A stretch of DNA of 64,000 nucleotides from Escherichia phage ECBP2, in the sequence record NC_018859.1. One strand, 5' to 3'. The first letter of the stretch is position 1. Every line of letters begins with the position of its first letter. A program made the translations under genes and the position numbers. The notes under the pieces are model-generated. The model saw only the letters and a list, made by a program, of their open reading frames with translations. It did no database searches and had not been told where the DNA came from. Positions 1-10,338 of this stretch are shown here, in pieces.

Positions 1-1716
1 CTTCCCTTTGCAGCGATTGGTTCTTATGTCAAGGACTCTAAGGGTCGCACCATTGGTGTAAATCGTACTGGTATCAACTCTGATATCAAACAGCTCACTC
101 AGAAAGTAACCTTTACACAACCTGTAACTGTTCCTGATGCAGTTGGAGATTATGATGCAGTAACTTTGAGACAGCTTCGTAATAGTGGTGGTGGTTCTGG
201 TGGTCCTACCATGAGCGGTATCTCCAACTTTGGTATTGGTGATTTCCATCTTCGTGACAGTCGTGCTTTCATTCCTGCATTTGAAGTTGTGTCTGATGGG
301 CAGCTTTTAAACCGCGCTGACTATCCAGATCTGTGGGCTTATGCACAATTATTGTCACCAATCGAGGACTCTTTGTGGCTTTCTGACAAGTTCAAGCGTG
401 GGAGATATAGTAAAGGGGATGGTTCTACTACCTTCCGTGTTCCTGATAGGAATGGCGTTCAGGCTGGTTCTATTCGTGCTTTATATGCTCGCGGTGATGG
501 TGGTTCTTCTTCTGCTAACGGAGATATTTTTGAATCAGCAGCACCAAACATTACAGCTGATGTGACCTCGTATTCTTCAACCTCATACTCACAGGTATTT
601 GGGATAACTCATGGTGCTATGTATGTAGACAACAGCACTTTCCCAACTGGTGATGGTGATGCTATCCCTTCAACTGGAAACATTGCCATCAAAGGTCGAT
701 TCAATACCTTACACCTAGACGCATCGCGATCAAACTCAATTTATGGTGCATCATCTGATGAAATCATGGGTCGTAACTTTGTTGGTGTTTGGACTATTCG
801 TGCTCATGGTGGTTTTACTGCTGCTAATACTTCTTGGTCTGTTATTAACAGCGACTCGACAGAGCCTCCTAGCGGTACACCGATTACTGGTGGTTTAGTT
901 TCTTCTAAATACTTAGTTGGAGGTGTTGATAAGTATCGGTCTTCTTTCCAATTGCAAGGGTCTAATGAAGTTGATTTATCAACTAGAATTACCACCATAA
1001 ATGATAAATATTCCATCGGAGCTGCAACTTGGGATTTTAAATTAGATGGTAAACTTCTTTTCAACAAGAGTCTAACTCCTAATGGAACAGGAAACGCTCC
1101 TGGAAATACCTACTTAACTCTAGCTAATACTTGGATGAGTTCTTCATACTCTGGATATGTAGGGTTTGTTGGTGGTGGGGCTGGGGTTTCTAATGGGGGT
1201 TGGAGAAACTTTATTTCTTTAGGGGCTCTAATCTTCCCAGACTCTAACCATCCATCCGCTGTTATTTCTCAAGTTTATGACTATGACCTTCCTACAGGAA
1301 ATCAACCTAATGGAGACATTGTCAGAAATACCTATTTCAGTGCTGAGAGCTACGACATTACCTTCGGGAACAACAGTGGGACTACTAATTACATCTTCAG
1401 TAAATCTCCAGTCTCTGACGAACGACTCAAGCATAGCATTAAGGAAGAAGGGACAGCCACAGCTCTTTCTAACTTAAACAAGATGGAGTATAAAACCTTT
1501 ATCTATAATTATGATGAGAAAGCAACTGTAAGGCGTGGGTTTATTGCCCAGCAACTTGAAGCTATTGACCCTCAATATGTTAGGAAGTATAAAACTTTCA
1601 AAGGGACTGATACCCTAGCTTTAGATGAGAATGTGTTGCTTTTAGATGCAATTGCTGCAATCCAAGAACTTACCAAAAAGGTTGAAGTTCTAGAAGCGAA
1701 GTTAGCAGAGAAGTAA
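1..1716 (+). CDS. Tail fibre/tailspike protein (5' end outside window) with C-terminal intramolecular chaperone (peptidase S74-like) domain
   Basis: Frame 1 is open from nt 1 into ORF 166..1716. It has a collar-like motif ADYPDLWAYAQ. The C-terminus SDERLKHSIKE...GFIAQQLEAIDPQYV...LLLDAIAAIQELTKKVEVLEAKL matches the auto-cleaving chaperone module of endosialidase/T5 pb1-type fibres. A hairpin terminator follows. Confidence 0.85.
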   Translation, partial: LPFAAIGSYVKDSKGRTIGVNRTGINSDIKQLTQKVTFTQPVTVPDAVGDYDAVTLRQLRNSGGGSGGPTMSGISNFGIGDFHLRDSRAFIPAFEVVSDGQLLNRADYPDLWAYAQLLSPIEDSLWLSDKFKRGRYSKGDGSTTFRVPDRNGVQAGSIRALYARGDGGSSSANGDIFESAAPNITADVTSYSSTSYSQVFGITHGAMYVDNSTFPTGDGDAIPSTGNIAIKGRFNTLHLDASRSNSIYGASSDEIMGRNFVGVWTIRAHGGFTAANTSWSVINSDSTEPPSGTPITGGLVSSKYLVGGVDKYRSSFQLQGSNEVDLSTRITTINDKYSIGAATWDFKLDGKLLFNKSLTPNGTGNAPGNTYLTLANTWMSSSYSGYVGFVGGGAGVSNGGWRNFISLGALIFPDSNHPSAVISQVYDYDLPTGNQPNGDIVRNTYFSAESYDITFGNNSGTTNYIFSKSPVSDERLKHSIKEEGTATALSNLNKMEYKTFIYNYDEKATVRRGFIAQQLEAIDPQYVRKYKTFKGTDTLALDENVLLLDAIAAIQELTKKVEVLEAKLAEK

Positions 1717-1722
1717 TCTAAT

Positions 1723-1741
1723 AGCCCCTTCGGGGGCTTTA
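1723..1741 (+). terminator. Hairpin terminator after tail fibre gene
   Basis: AGCCCC-TTCG-GGGGCT followed by TTT, 7 nt after the stop codon. Confidence 0.6.
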
Positions 1742-1810
1742 GTAGTAAGTCTGTTCAAGAAGTAATGAAACTACTATATCACAAAAGGAATACACATAGG
1801 AGATACGAAG

Positions 1811-2029
1811 ATGAAAATGATGAAACAAATCAGTTATGGGTTAGCTTGTGTTGCTACCGGTTTTGCTGTGTCAGTGGCTGTTCCTGTTAACGCAGTGCAT
1901 CCTCTGGTAACACAACCTGCACCAGTTGAGAAATTGAGTGCATCATGTAAGCAGCGTACAATTCAGAATAATCTTGTGGTTATTTGTCCGGACTCTGATT
2001 CTAGTGCTCTGAGAAATATGCTTCAGTAA
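1811..2029 (+). CDS. Small protein with N-terminal signal/TM segment (possible lysis accessory or holin-like protein)
   Basis: SD AGGAGA lies 7 nt upstream of the ATG. The hydrophobic N-terminus is QISYGLACVATGFAVSVAVPVNA. The gene sits directly upstream of the lysozyme gene. Confidence 0.45.
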   Translation: MKMMKQISYGLACVATGFAVSVAVPVNAVHPLVTQPAPVEKLSASCKQRTIQNNLVVICPDSDSSALRNMLQ

Positions 2030-2059
2030 TTTAGGGCTGACTGGAAAAGGAGGTGAAAA

Positions 2060-2551
2060 ATGGATAATGTCGCATTGCCACCGATACAACTGAGCTTAAG
2101 CCCAGAAGGGATGGAATTCATCATGAAGCATGAAGGTATGAGAACTCGTGCTTACCAAGATTCCGCAGGTATCTGGACGATATGTGTTGGGGCTACGCGC
2201 GATATGAATGGGTATCCAGTTAGACAGGGATTAACGTATTCTATAGAGGATTGTCTAGCTCTGCTAGATAGAGACACACAAGACTCTGTTCGTGCCACTC
2301 AGAAAAATATTAGGGTTCCTTTGCTAACCCACGAGTTTGATGCTCTCACCTCTTTCAATTTTAATGTAGGAGGAACAGCTCTATCAACTTCTAAGCTAAG
2401 GAAAGTGATCAACGGAGATGCTAAGGGTGATGTTTACTCAGAGTTCTTACGTTGGGATAAGATAACAGTCAGAGGTGTAAAACAACAGAGTCCGGGACTT
2501 CACAACCGAAGAGTTGCAGAAGCAGACCTATACACCATAGGTAAATATTAA
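2060..2551 (+). CDS. Lysozyme, glycoside hydrolase family 24 (T4/lambda-type muramidase)
   Basis: Motifs MKHEGMRTRAYQDSAGIWTICVG and FDALTSFNFNVGG are typical of phage GH24 lysozymes. SD is AAGGAGGTG. Confidence 0.85.
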   Translation: MDNVALPPIQLSLSPEGMEFIMKHEGMRTRAYQDSAGIWTICVGATRDMNGYPVRQGLTYSIEDCLALLDRDTQDSVRATQKNIRVPLLTHEFDALTSFNFNVGGTALSTSKLRKVINGDAKGDVYSEFLRWDKITVRGVKQQSPGLHNRRVAEADLYTIGKY

Positions 2552-2563
2552 TGGAGGTGCCTT

Positions 2564-3367
2564 TTGGCTATTGAAACTACAGCGGTAGTAACTACCGATT
2601 TAAATCCCCTGTACCCTCGTGACAGGGACTACATCTACGAAGGGGCGGCTCAACTCCGCCTCATTAAACAAGTGTTGATTAATACATTCCCTAATATCAC
2701 TGAACCAGTGAACCTGTCCTCTGAATCCTTTAAGGCTTTGTCAGAGAAGATCACATTTACTGGCGATGCAATGGATGTTGGTAATCTGATGATTAAGAAC
2801 CTAACTCCGGGTACAGGTGATAAAGATGCTGTAACCAAAGGTCAGATGGAAGCTTTCATGTTGAATTGGATGCAGAATAAACTTTATCGTATTGGTGCTT
2901 ACTATATCACTGAAGAAGATATCAACCCCGGTGATTCTAGCTCTCTCGGCTTTGGCTCTTGGGCTAAAGTTACTGGTGTTGTTATGGGTACTGGTGTTGT
3001 CAACCCCGATGGATCTGTTCCTAACGCCCAGCGTGTTGAGTTCCAAGCAGGCGGTACAGGTGGTCGTGTGTTCAATACAGTTCGTGCTGATAACATGCCT
3101 CTGACGACAATCAACGGTTCTAGTTTCCAAGTAAGTTCTTACTCTCACGCACACGGTATTACGATGGGTCGTGGTGATGCTAGTGGTCACAATAGCAACC
3201 CTAACTGGTATAGTCCGGGTGGTGGTTATACTCAGACAACTGATACAAATACTCACTCACACTCAATCTCTGGTTCTGTTAGTTTTGGTTATGATGATAT
3301 CTCTCGTCAGCCTATTAACACTTTACCACCGTTCCGAGCAGCACACATTTGGAGACGTATTAGCTAA
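2564..3367 (+). CDS. Tail fibre-like structural protein
   Basis: TTG start 5 nt after GGAGGTG. The G/S/T-rich beta-type sequence ends in LPPFRAAHIWRRIS, a fibre-like C-terminus. Located in the structural block. Confidence 0.5.
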   Translation: MAIETTAVVTTDLNPLYPRDRDYIYEGAAQLRLIKQVLINTFPNITEPVNLSSESFKALSEKITFTGDAMDVGNLMIKNLTPGTGDKDAVTKGQMEAFMLNWMQNKLYRIGAYYITEEDINPGDSSSLGFGSWAKVTGVVMGTGVVNPDGSVPNAQRVEFQAGGTGGRVFNTVRADNMPLTTINGSSFQVSSYSHAHGITMGRGDASGHNSNPNWYSPGGGYTQTTDTNTHSHSISGSVSFGYDDISRQPINTLPPFRAAHIWRRIS

Positions 3368-3376
3368 GGAGGTAGC

Positions 3377-6300
3377 ATGGCTCTCTATCCGATTAAATCA
3401 TTAGGCGCAGTTGGGGTTATCGCTGACCAAGCACCTACTGACTTAGCACCAAATGCTTTCACTAACGCTATTAATGCTCGGTTTGTTGAGCAGAGAGTCT
3501 TTAAGACGGGGGGTAATGCCCCTCTTTCTTATGTAGACGAAGATAAAGATCTGACTCCTCTCTCGTTCCTTTCAATGCCTTTCGATTATTATAGCGCAGG
3601 TACTAGCTTCCTTGTGGTAGGTACAGATAAGAAACTGTATAAACTTACCGATGAAAGTTTAACTGATATCAGCCGTAAGGTTGCTACAGCTACGAAGAAA
3701 GCATCAGCGACAATTAAGATTTATCCAGTGGTCTCTAGTATTTCCCCTAAAGAGACTTCTGTATCCATGAACTTTAACCAGACCAAGATTCTTGAAGTTG
3801 AAGTTAAACCAGTAGATGCACAGAATGCTAACCTAGTTTGGGAAGTGAGTAACTCTTCTTATGGTAGTATCGAGGTTGACCCTACTGATTCTAAGAAAGC
3901 TACACTGACTTCTAAATCAGTTGAAGGTAATCTAGTTGTTACGGTCAGTACAGCTGACGATTCTATCTCAGCTCAGATTGCAGTTAACATCATCGATGGT
4001 GATTCTGGTATTTATCTGAGTCAAGATACACTGACTATGCGTAAAGGTGGTACTTCTACTCTTACAGCTATCACAGGTAAACCTTCTGTAACTTGGACTT
4101 CTTCTAACCCATCTTTGATTTCGGTTTCTCCTAATGCTAACACTAAGACGGTTGTTCTTACAGCTCTTGGAGAAGGACAGGCAACTATCACCGCTGACAA
4201 TGGGACAAAGACTGCATCTTGTGTAGTAACAGCGATTCCTCAGATTGATAGTATCTCATTAAGCCAGACAGATGTTCAAATGAGTCGTGGTACTCAGTAT
4301 ATCTTGACAGCAACTGTTAGCCCAGCTAATGCTCCTAACCAAGCAATCACTTGGACTTCTTCTAATACCAATATTGCTACAGTAAGTGGTACAGGTACAG
4401 AAGCTACCATCACTGGTTTGCTTGCAGGTTATACGGAGATTACAGCAGTGACAGCAGAGGGAAGTCGTTCAGCAGTTTGTACTGTTCGAGTTGACCTATC
4501 CTCTCGTTTGGCAAGTAGGGCTATGTCAGCAATGGCTATCACTACAGAAGCTCCTGTAGAAGAACCGGTTGTTGAGTCAGAAGAAGTTACTTATTTTGAC
4601 ACTGATACAATTGGTATTGATACGTCAGGGATGTCAGAAGGGAATAACTTCTACGACTACTCCAACGTTATGGACTTGGAAGGATTTGGTAGAGCAGCAA
4701 TGCTTGCTAATGATCCTCCTCTCACTGGAGTTACTCTTGATGTTATTGATGCTTCTCTTGATGTAGGTGAAGAAATTGTTATCACAGCTACAGCATCTCC
4801 TACTGGAAGTTACACTTACAAGTGGACGGTTGATAAGAGTGGTTATGTTTCTACTACCTCTACAACTAACCCTACTTTGAAACTTACTGCTATTCGTAAG
4901 GGTGAGATTAAGGTGACTTGTACTGTAAGCCAGATGGTCCAGAAAGACTATGATGCGTTTGAAGATTATCCTTGGTATCATGCGATCATCTCTAACTGTG
5001 CAGTAGCAACTACTCACTACGAAACTCCTCAGGTTAAGGAATTCGATTCTGAATACTTCACTGATCTTCCGGGATGGGGTGAACAGACAGTTGTTGATGC
5101 AGATGGCAACCCTTCTGTTAAGAAGTATAACTGGAAGTGTGAACGAGTAAGGGCTTTTAATAATAGGTTGTTTGCTCTGAATATGAGAGAGTCTAACGCT
5201 TCTGGTGTTACTACTCATTATCCTCTTCGTTTACGTTGGTCTAACTTTGCAGAGGAAAACAAGGCTCCTGAGCTTTGGGATGATTATGCATACGACCGAG
5301 CAGTAACTTCTGACCTAGCAGCTAACATCGTAGGACAGACAGAAGCTCTTGAGAATGGTTACGCAGGGTATATTGACTTGGCTGACTCTAACGGTAGTTT
5401 GTTAGATGTTCTTCCTCTGAAAGATTACCTGTTCGTGTATACTGAGTTTGAAACCTACATTGGTTCTCCTACTAACAACACCTATCAGCCTTTGATGTTT
5501 AAGAAGCTGTTTAACGATTCAGGTATCCTTGCTCCTGAATGTGTGGTGGAAGTTGAGGGTGGTCACTTTGTAGTAACTCAGAACGACGTCATTCTACATA
5601 ATGGTGCTTCTAAGAAATCTATTGCTTCTAACCGAGTGAAGAACATGCTCATTAATGAGATTTGTCTGGTGAACCCAATTGCTACACGAGTTCATCTTCA
5701 TCAGGATAAGAAAGAAGTGTGGGTTCTTTATGTAGGTCCGGGTGAACCTAAAGAAAGTTTTGCTTGTACTAAGGCAGCTGTATGGAACTACGAGTTTGAT
5801 ACTTGGTCTTTCCGTACGATTCCTTACTCTTACTGTATCGGTCTGGTTGATCCTCCTGTTCTGGAACGTGGTCCTATCTGGGCTGATTTCCAAGAGATCA
5901 CTTGGGATGACCCTTCGATTGACAAACTGGTGTGGAGAAAAGATGCAACTAACTTCCGTCAGCGAGTTACAATCATAGGTTCTTTCTTGAAAGGATTTTA
6001 CCAAGTTGATATAGGAGCTTTGGATTATATCTATGACAGAACAAATGATGTGGTTATAGAGAAGCCTCTGGAAATGAGACTAGAGAGAACGGGGATTGAT
6101 TTTGATAACGTCACTAATGAATGGAATCAGAAACACATTAACCGATTTAGACCTCAAGTAACAGGAACAGGGACTTATACTTTTGAAGCAGGTGGTAGTC
6201 AATTCTCTAATGAGTATGGACACAACCACTCTACTAAAGAGTTTAGGGTTGGTGTAGATCGTCACGTAGCAGTCAGACTGAACCATCCATACCTATTCTA

Positions 6301-6382
6301 TAATGTTATAGATAATGATGTTAACAGTAATGCGTCTATGAATGGTTTAACCATAGAGTTTGCTGTTGGCGGTCGAAGATAA
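3377..6382 (+). CDS. Large virion/tail protein with tandem bacterial Ig-like (Big_2) domains
   Basis: At least three repeats have the pattern I..I.LS...V.M..G....LTATV.P.NA.NQ..TW.SSN..IATVS..G...A...G...ITA. The protein is 1001 aa and a terminator follows. Confidence 0.7.
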   Translation: MALYPIKSLGAVGVIADQAPTDLAPNAFTNAINARFVEQRVFKTGGNAPLSYVDEDKDLTPLSFLSMPFDYYSAGTSFLVVGTDKKLYKLTDESLTDISRKVATATKKASATIKIYPVVSSISPKETSVSMNFNQTKILEVEVKPVDAQNANLVWEVSNSSYGSIEVDPTDSKKATLTSKSVEGNLVVTVSTADDSISAQIAVNIIDGDSGIYLSQDTLTMRKGGTSTLTAITGKPSVTWTSSNPSLISVSPNANTKTVVLTALGEGQATITADNGTKTASCVVTAIPQIDSISLSQTDVQMSRGTQYILTATVSPANAPNQAITWTSSNTNIATVSGTGTEATITGLLAGYTEITAVTAEGSRSAVCTVRVDLSSRLASRAMSAMAITTEAPVEEPVVESEEVTYFDTDTIGIDTSGMSEGNNFYDYSNVMDLEGFGRAAMLANDPPLTGVTLDVIDASLDVGEEIVITATASPTGSYTYKWTVDKSGYVSTTSTTNPTLKLTAIRKGEIKVTCTVSQMVQKDYDAFEDYPWYHAIISNCAVATTHYETPQVKEFDSEYFTDLPGWGEQTVVDADGNPSVKKYNWKCERVRAFNNRLFALNMRESNASGVTTHYPLRLRWSNFAEENKAPELWDDYAYDRAVTSDLAANIVGQTEALENGYAGYIDLADSNGSLLDVLPLKDYLFVYTEFETYIGSPTNNTYQPLMFKKLFNDSGILAPECVVEVEGGHFVVTQNDVILHNGASKKSIASNRVKNMLINEICLVNPIATRVHLHQDKKEVWVLYVGPGEPKESFACTKAAVWNYEFDTWSFRTIPYSYCIGLVDPPVLERGPIWADFQEITWDDPSIDKLVWRKDATNFRQRVTIIGSFLKGFYQVDIGALDYIYDRTNDVVIEKPLEMRLERTGIDFDNVTNEWNQKHINRFRPQVTGTGTYTFEAGGSQFSNEYGHNHSTKEFRVGVDRHVAVRLNHPYLFYNVIDNDVNSNASMNGLTIEFAVGGRR

Positions 6383-6388
6383 CAACTA

Positions 6389-6410
6389 GGGAGCTTCGGC
6401 TCCCTTTTAT
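6389..6410 (+). terminator. Rho-independent terminator
   Basis: GGGAGC-TTCG-GCTCCC followed by TTTTAT. Confidence 0.75.
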
Positions 6411-6431
6411 TGTTTATAATTGGAGGTATTT

Positions 6432-7442
6432 ATGGGTGCTGGAGGTTTTCGTAAGAATACTGGAAGAAACAACACCACACTTCCCTACAACGTTGGGTTT
6501 CTAAACAATGTAGAGGATACGGATAAATATAACGTTGCAGTTTATGATGAATTACAGAAAGTCAGTACAGCAACCAATCAAATGTTCCAAGCAATCGACG
6601 AGATTCATGATGAGATAGATGTTCGTATTAAAGCTCTTCATGCAATGAATCTACAGTTCGATGAACTTGAGAACCGAATTACTACAGAGATTGAAACAGC
6701 AATTGCTGATATCCAAACACAGATGGGTAATCTATCCACTGAAGATATTTGGGATAGAAGCACTAATCCTCCTACTAAATTGGATGGTACAGTTGCAGGT
6801 TTCAAAACTTCTATTGAAGGTAATGACTTAAAGATTCAGACAGTACAAGGGATTGTGAACGAACAGGGAGAGGAGATTGCTTTAGTTCAAACAGAACTTA
6901 CTGCTCAGGGTACTCAGATTGCTGAAGTGGATGGTAAGGTTACTACCGTACAGAACTCTCTTTCTCAATACATGAGATTAGACAGCTATGAAGCTACATG
7001 GGGTGTCAACTCTTCTGTTAACGGTCAGTATGCTGGAGTTAAACTTACTAACAACGGTACGAATAGTCAATTCCAAGTAACAGCTAACAAGTTTATTGTC
7101 GGTGATGGTAACTCAGGTAACACACCTTTCGTATTTGAAGGCGGTAGGGCTAGGATGGAGTTCGCTGATATTAAGAACGTCAACATTACCACAGCTCAGA
7201 TTGCTAATGCTCGTATTCAGTTTGCTCAGATTGATAACGTGTGGATTACTGACGGTCAGATTGCTAACCTTACTGCTAACAAGATTACTGCTGGTTCTAT
7301 GAGTGGTTCTAATTGGAGACTTACAGTTGGTGGAGATTTTGTTATGGGTGGTACAGGTGGGGCACAGCTGTGGATGAATGGTAACAGGATTGATTTCTAC
7401 GATGGTGGTGGTGCTTTGAGAATTAGAATAGGGAGTTGGTAA
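6432..7442 (+). CDS. Tail fibre / host-specificity-like protein
   Basis: ATG at 6432 lies 5 nt after GGAGGT; the TTG at 6420 in the ORF track is unlikely to be the start. N-terminal coiled coil. The C-terminal repeats KNVNITTAQIANARIQFAQIDNVWITDGQIANLTANKITAGS resemble lambda J/fibre repeat regions. Confidence 0.55.
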   Translation: MGAGGFRKNTGRNNTTLPYNVGFLNNVEDTDKYNVAVYDELQKVSTATNQMFQAIDEIHDEIDVRIKALHAMNLQFDELENRITTEIETAIADIQTQMGNLSTEDIWDRSTNPPTKLDGTVAGFKTSIEGNDLKIQTVQGIVNEQGEEIALVQTELTAQGTQIAEVDGKVTTVQNSLSQYMRLDSYEATWGVNSSVNGQYAGVKLTNNGTNSQFQVTANKFIVGDGNSGNTPFVFEGGRARMEFADIKNVNITTAQIANARIQFAQIDNVWITDGQIANLTANKITAGSMSGSNWRLTVGGDFVMGGTGGAQLWMNGNRIDFYDGGGALRIRIGSW

Positions 7443-7443
7443 T

Positions 7444-8463
7444 ATGGCGTATGGAATATGGTGTCAACCAGTGGGGCCGGGTCCAGCTACTCCGGCTGCT
7501 TTGTTTATAGATAGTAATTTAACATTTCCACAATATCTAGGGGCTTTTAGTATATCCCCTTCTTGGAGTGCAAGGAATGCCTCTTTTACTGTCGGTTCCT
7601 TTGACGGACAAGGTGAGTTGCTTATTGTTCCTACTAGTCGGTTGATTCAAGATTATTATGTTGGTACAGACCTGATGCCAAGCTTCAGCACTGTCACTGG
7701 CATAGGAACCTCTGGTCAGACTGTTAATATAAATATAGACCCAGCTGGTGCGAGTGGTAACAACAACCGTAACTTCCCCATGAGCTTTCAAGCCTATAAA
7801 CTCTGGCCTAGAGGTAATAGGAGTTATGGTATCACTTTCTCTAACTCAGCTGACTTCTTCTCTATCTCTGATAGTGGAGTTGTTGGTCAATGCACTTGGG
7901 CATACAGAGGTGGTGTTGGTGACGGCTTCACTGTTCCTAATGCTGGACCTAATGCTCTGGTTTTTGCCAATTGGAGTCAGGGAGGTGTGTGTGTTGGTTA
8001 TAATCCAAGTAATAGTCAAATGATTATTACTCACAATAGATCTAATCAATCTGGTAATAACAGAGGGGCTTCTGTTGGAGACATGCGAATAGCAGTATTT
8101 GCCAGTGGTGTAGGAGTTCCTGAGCACAATGGTGGCCTAAACATCTATTCACCGGGGACTACTTCTTGTGTCTTTTCTACCTACAGAACTCCTTTTGCCA
8201 TAAACAGATTCTTCCCTTCTAGTGGAGGAGGTACTGGATTAGGTATTCCTATGATGTGCCTTAATACTACTAATGGAGCTATAACTGGTCAAGGTGGGGG
8301 TTGGATGTGGGTTCATGAAAGAACACATACAATGGAGAATGGTACTGTTGGTACAGGTTTTGGACCTCTGGTTGCTAACTGGACAGATCAATATCCAATC
8401 AATGTAAATATAAATTTGAACTTCACATACCCAATGCTAGAAGGTTCTTTAATATACGCTTAA
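7444..8463 (+). CDS. Structural protein, unknown function
   Basis: The start overlaps the upstream stop (TAATATG). Beta-rich G/S/N/T composition. Located in the structural block. Confidence 0.5.
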   Translation: MAYGIWCQPVGPGPATPAALFIDSNLTFPQYLGAFSISPSWSARNASFTVGSFDGQGELLIVPTSRLIQDYYVGTDLMPSFSTVTGIGTSGQTVNINIDPAGASGNNNRNFPMSFQAYKLWPRGNRSYGITFSNSADFFSISDSGVVGQCTWAYRGGVGDGFTVPNAGPNALVFANWSQGGVCVGYNPSNSQMIITHNRSNQSGNNRGASVGDMRIAVFASGVGVPEHNGGLNIYSPGTTSCVFSTYRTPFAINRFFPSSGGGTGLGIPMMCLNTTNGAITGQGGGWMWVHERTHTMENGTVGTGFGPLVANWTDQYPINVNINLNFTYPMLEGSLIYA

Positions 8464-8472
8464 GGAGGATTT

Positions 8473-9267
8473 ATGACAATACGCATGGGAGTGTCCGAGC
8501 TAGACCCTATGGTCCAGCAAGCTTCTAAAAAGTACGGCATTCCTGCTGCTCTTATCCATGCAGTTATTCAGAGGGAGTCTAGTGGTAGACCTTCTGTTGC
8601 ATCAGGTACAGGGCCGGTAGGTTTAATGCAAATAAGTAAAGGGCTGGCTAAGGATTATGGCTACAAACTAGAAGATCGTCTAGACCCTGCTAAGAATATT
8701 GATATGGGTGCTAGGTATATCAGAGACAACTTAAAAGCTTTTGATGGTGATGTGAAGAAAGCTATGGTGGGATATTCTGAAGGGACTGGTGGAGCAAAAC
8801 AAATGTTCGCTGGTAAGAAAGGATTCACACCTCAGGCTTTGGATTCTATGAACAATAAGAACTTTCTTCCTTTCTATACAGCTAATGATGCTGCTGGTCA
8901 GGTTGCTAACCCGATGGGTGCTTTACAGTCAGTACAGCCAGTGAATCAGTTCTCTCCTGAATTGGTTACTAGAGAAGGTGCTGCTAATGCTCCTACTCAG
9001 GCTGAGATTGCTGCTGCTAAGACAGGTGCTCTTGGTGGCTCCCCTACTGAGTTCTATTCTGATGATGTAGAGGAAGCTGGAGAAGATCAGAAGCCACAAC
9101 AGAACTTTGGTAATGCTGCACTAGCTGCTGCTGCAATGTTAGCGGGTAAGGCTCCTAAGTCTCAAACAGTTCAGAGAGCACATGCACCAACTCAAGCAGG
9201 TTCTCAATACAGCCCACATACACAAGCCGTTCTTAGACGTTTGGCAAGTGTTGGTGTTATTAAATAA
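8473..9267 (+). CDS. Virion-associated lytic transglycosylase (SLT domain)
   Basis: ALIHAVIQRESSGRPSVASGTGPVGLMQIS contains the catalytic E-S and GLMQ motifs of soluble lytic transglycosylases. SD is TAAGGAGG. Confidence 0.8.
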   Translation: MTIRMGVSELDPMVQQASKKYGIPAALIHAVIQRESSGRPSVASGTGPVGLMQISKGLAKDYGYKLEDRLDPAKNIDMGARYIRDNLKAFDGDVKKAMVGYSEGTGGAKQMFAGKKGFTPQALDSMNNKNFLPFYTANDAAGQVANPMGALQSVQPVNQFSPELVTREGAANAPTQAEIAAAKTGALGGSPTEFYSDDVEEAGEDQKPQQNFGNAALAAAAMLAGKAPKSQTVQRAHAPTQAGSQYSPHTQAVLRRLASVGVIK

Positions 9268-9279
9268 TAAGGAGGACGT

Positions 9280-10329
9280 ATGTCTTTATTCGGGTCTGCT
9301 TCTAAGACTAAAACTACAGTGGCTCCATCTTCTCAGGTTGATGCTCTGTTAAAACAGATTGTAGCTAATGCTCAGAATATGAATAGCAATGATGCAGGTT
9401 TCATCTCTCAGCAATTGGCTGGTCTCAATCCTAATCAACAAGCTGCTCTTTCTAACCTAGCTAACTCCTCTACCCTGAACCAGTTGAGTGGTATGTATAC
9501 TCCTCGTACACAGCAGGGCTTAGATCAGATGAATACTCTGGCTCAGAAGTATTCTGCTCTAGGTAACAACTCTATTGGTGCTGGTGATGTTAATAACTTC
9601 AGTTCTGGACTTAATAACTCAGCTCTTGCTCAGTCAACTGGTAAAGCAGCTTCTAATGTATCTCTCGGTAATGGCTCTGACTCAGGTTCTCTCCGTCGTG
9701 CTTCTGCTCAAGGTGCTGCTTTGAACTCTGCTAATACTAATCTGTCTCGTAGCATCTCTGGCAAGAATTTGGGTGTTAATGCGCTCCAGTCTAATAACTC
9801 TTTCCAACAAGGATTGCTTAATGCTCAGACTGGATTAGCTGGACAGAATTTGAATCTTGGTGCTCAAGGTACACAAGCTGCTCAACAGGCTATTCAGAAC
9901 CAACTTACTGCTGGTAATCTACAGCAACAGCAAGATCAAGCACAAGCTGACCTTAATTGGCAGAACGCTATTGGTAGTCAACAATATGGGTGGAATCAAC
10001 TCAACAACCAACTGAATGTATTAAACTCAGTAAGTCCTATGGCTGGTTACACAATTACTAACAAAGGAGCCGCTCCTAATACAACTCAACAGCTTCTTGG
10101 AGCTGGTGTCACTGGTCTAGGTATTGCAGGTCGGTTAGGTGCATTCACTCCTAGTCAACAAACTACGAATGCTTGGAACTCCTACAATGCTTCTGGTGGT
10201 CAATCTGGTATGGCTGGTCCTATGATTGGTGGGTCTAACCTTTCCAACTCTTCTGGTCAGAGTAACTGGTTGTCTACAGCTGGGAGTAATATTTTAGGTG
10301 GTGTTCTCGGAGCCTTCGGGGCGAACTAA
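9280..10329 (+). CDS. Q/N/S/G-rich low-complexity virion protein
   Basis: SD TAAGGAGG. Starts MSLFG. Extreme Q/N/G/S/A bias. Paralogous in style to the next gene. Confidence 0.55.
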   Translation: MSLFGSASKTKTTVAPSSQVDALLKQIVANAQNMNSNDAGFISQQLAGLNPNQQAALSNLANSSTLNQLSGMYTPRTQQGLDQMNTLAQKYSALGNNSIGAGDVNNFSSGLNNSALAQSTGKAASNVSLGNGSDSGSLRRASAQGAALNSANTNLSRSISGKNLGVNALQSNNSFQQGLLNAQTGLAGQNLNLGAQGTQAAQQAIQNQLTAGNLQQQQDQAQADLNWQNAIGSQQYGWNQLNNQLNVLNSVSPMAGYTITNKGAAPNTTQQLLGAGVTGLGIAGRLGAFTPSQQTTNAWNSYNASGGQSGMAGPMIGGSNLSNSSGQSNWLSTAGSNILGGVLGAFGAN

Positions 10330-10338
10330 GGAGGAGTT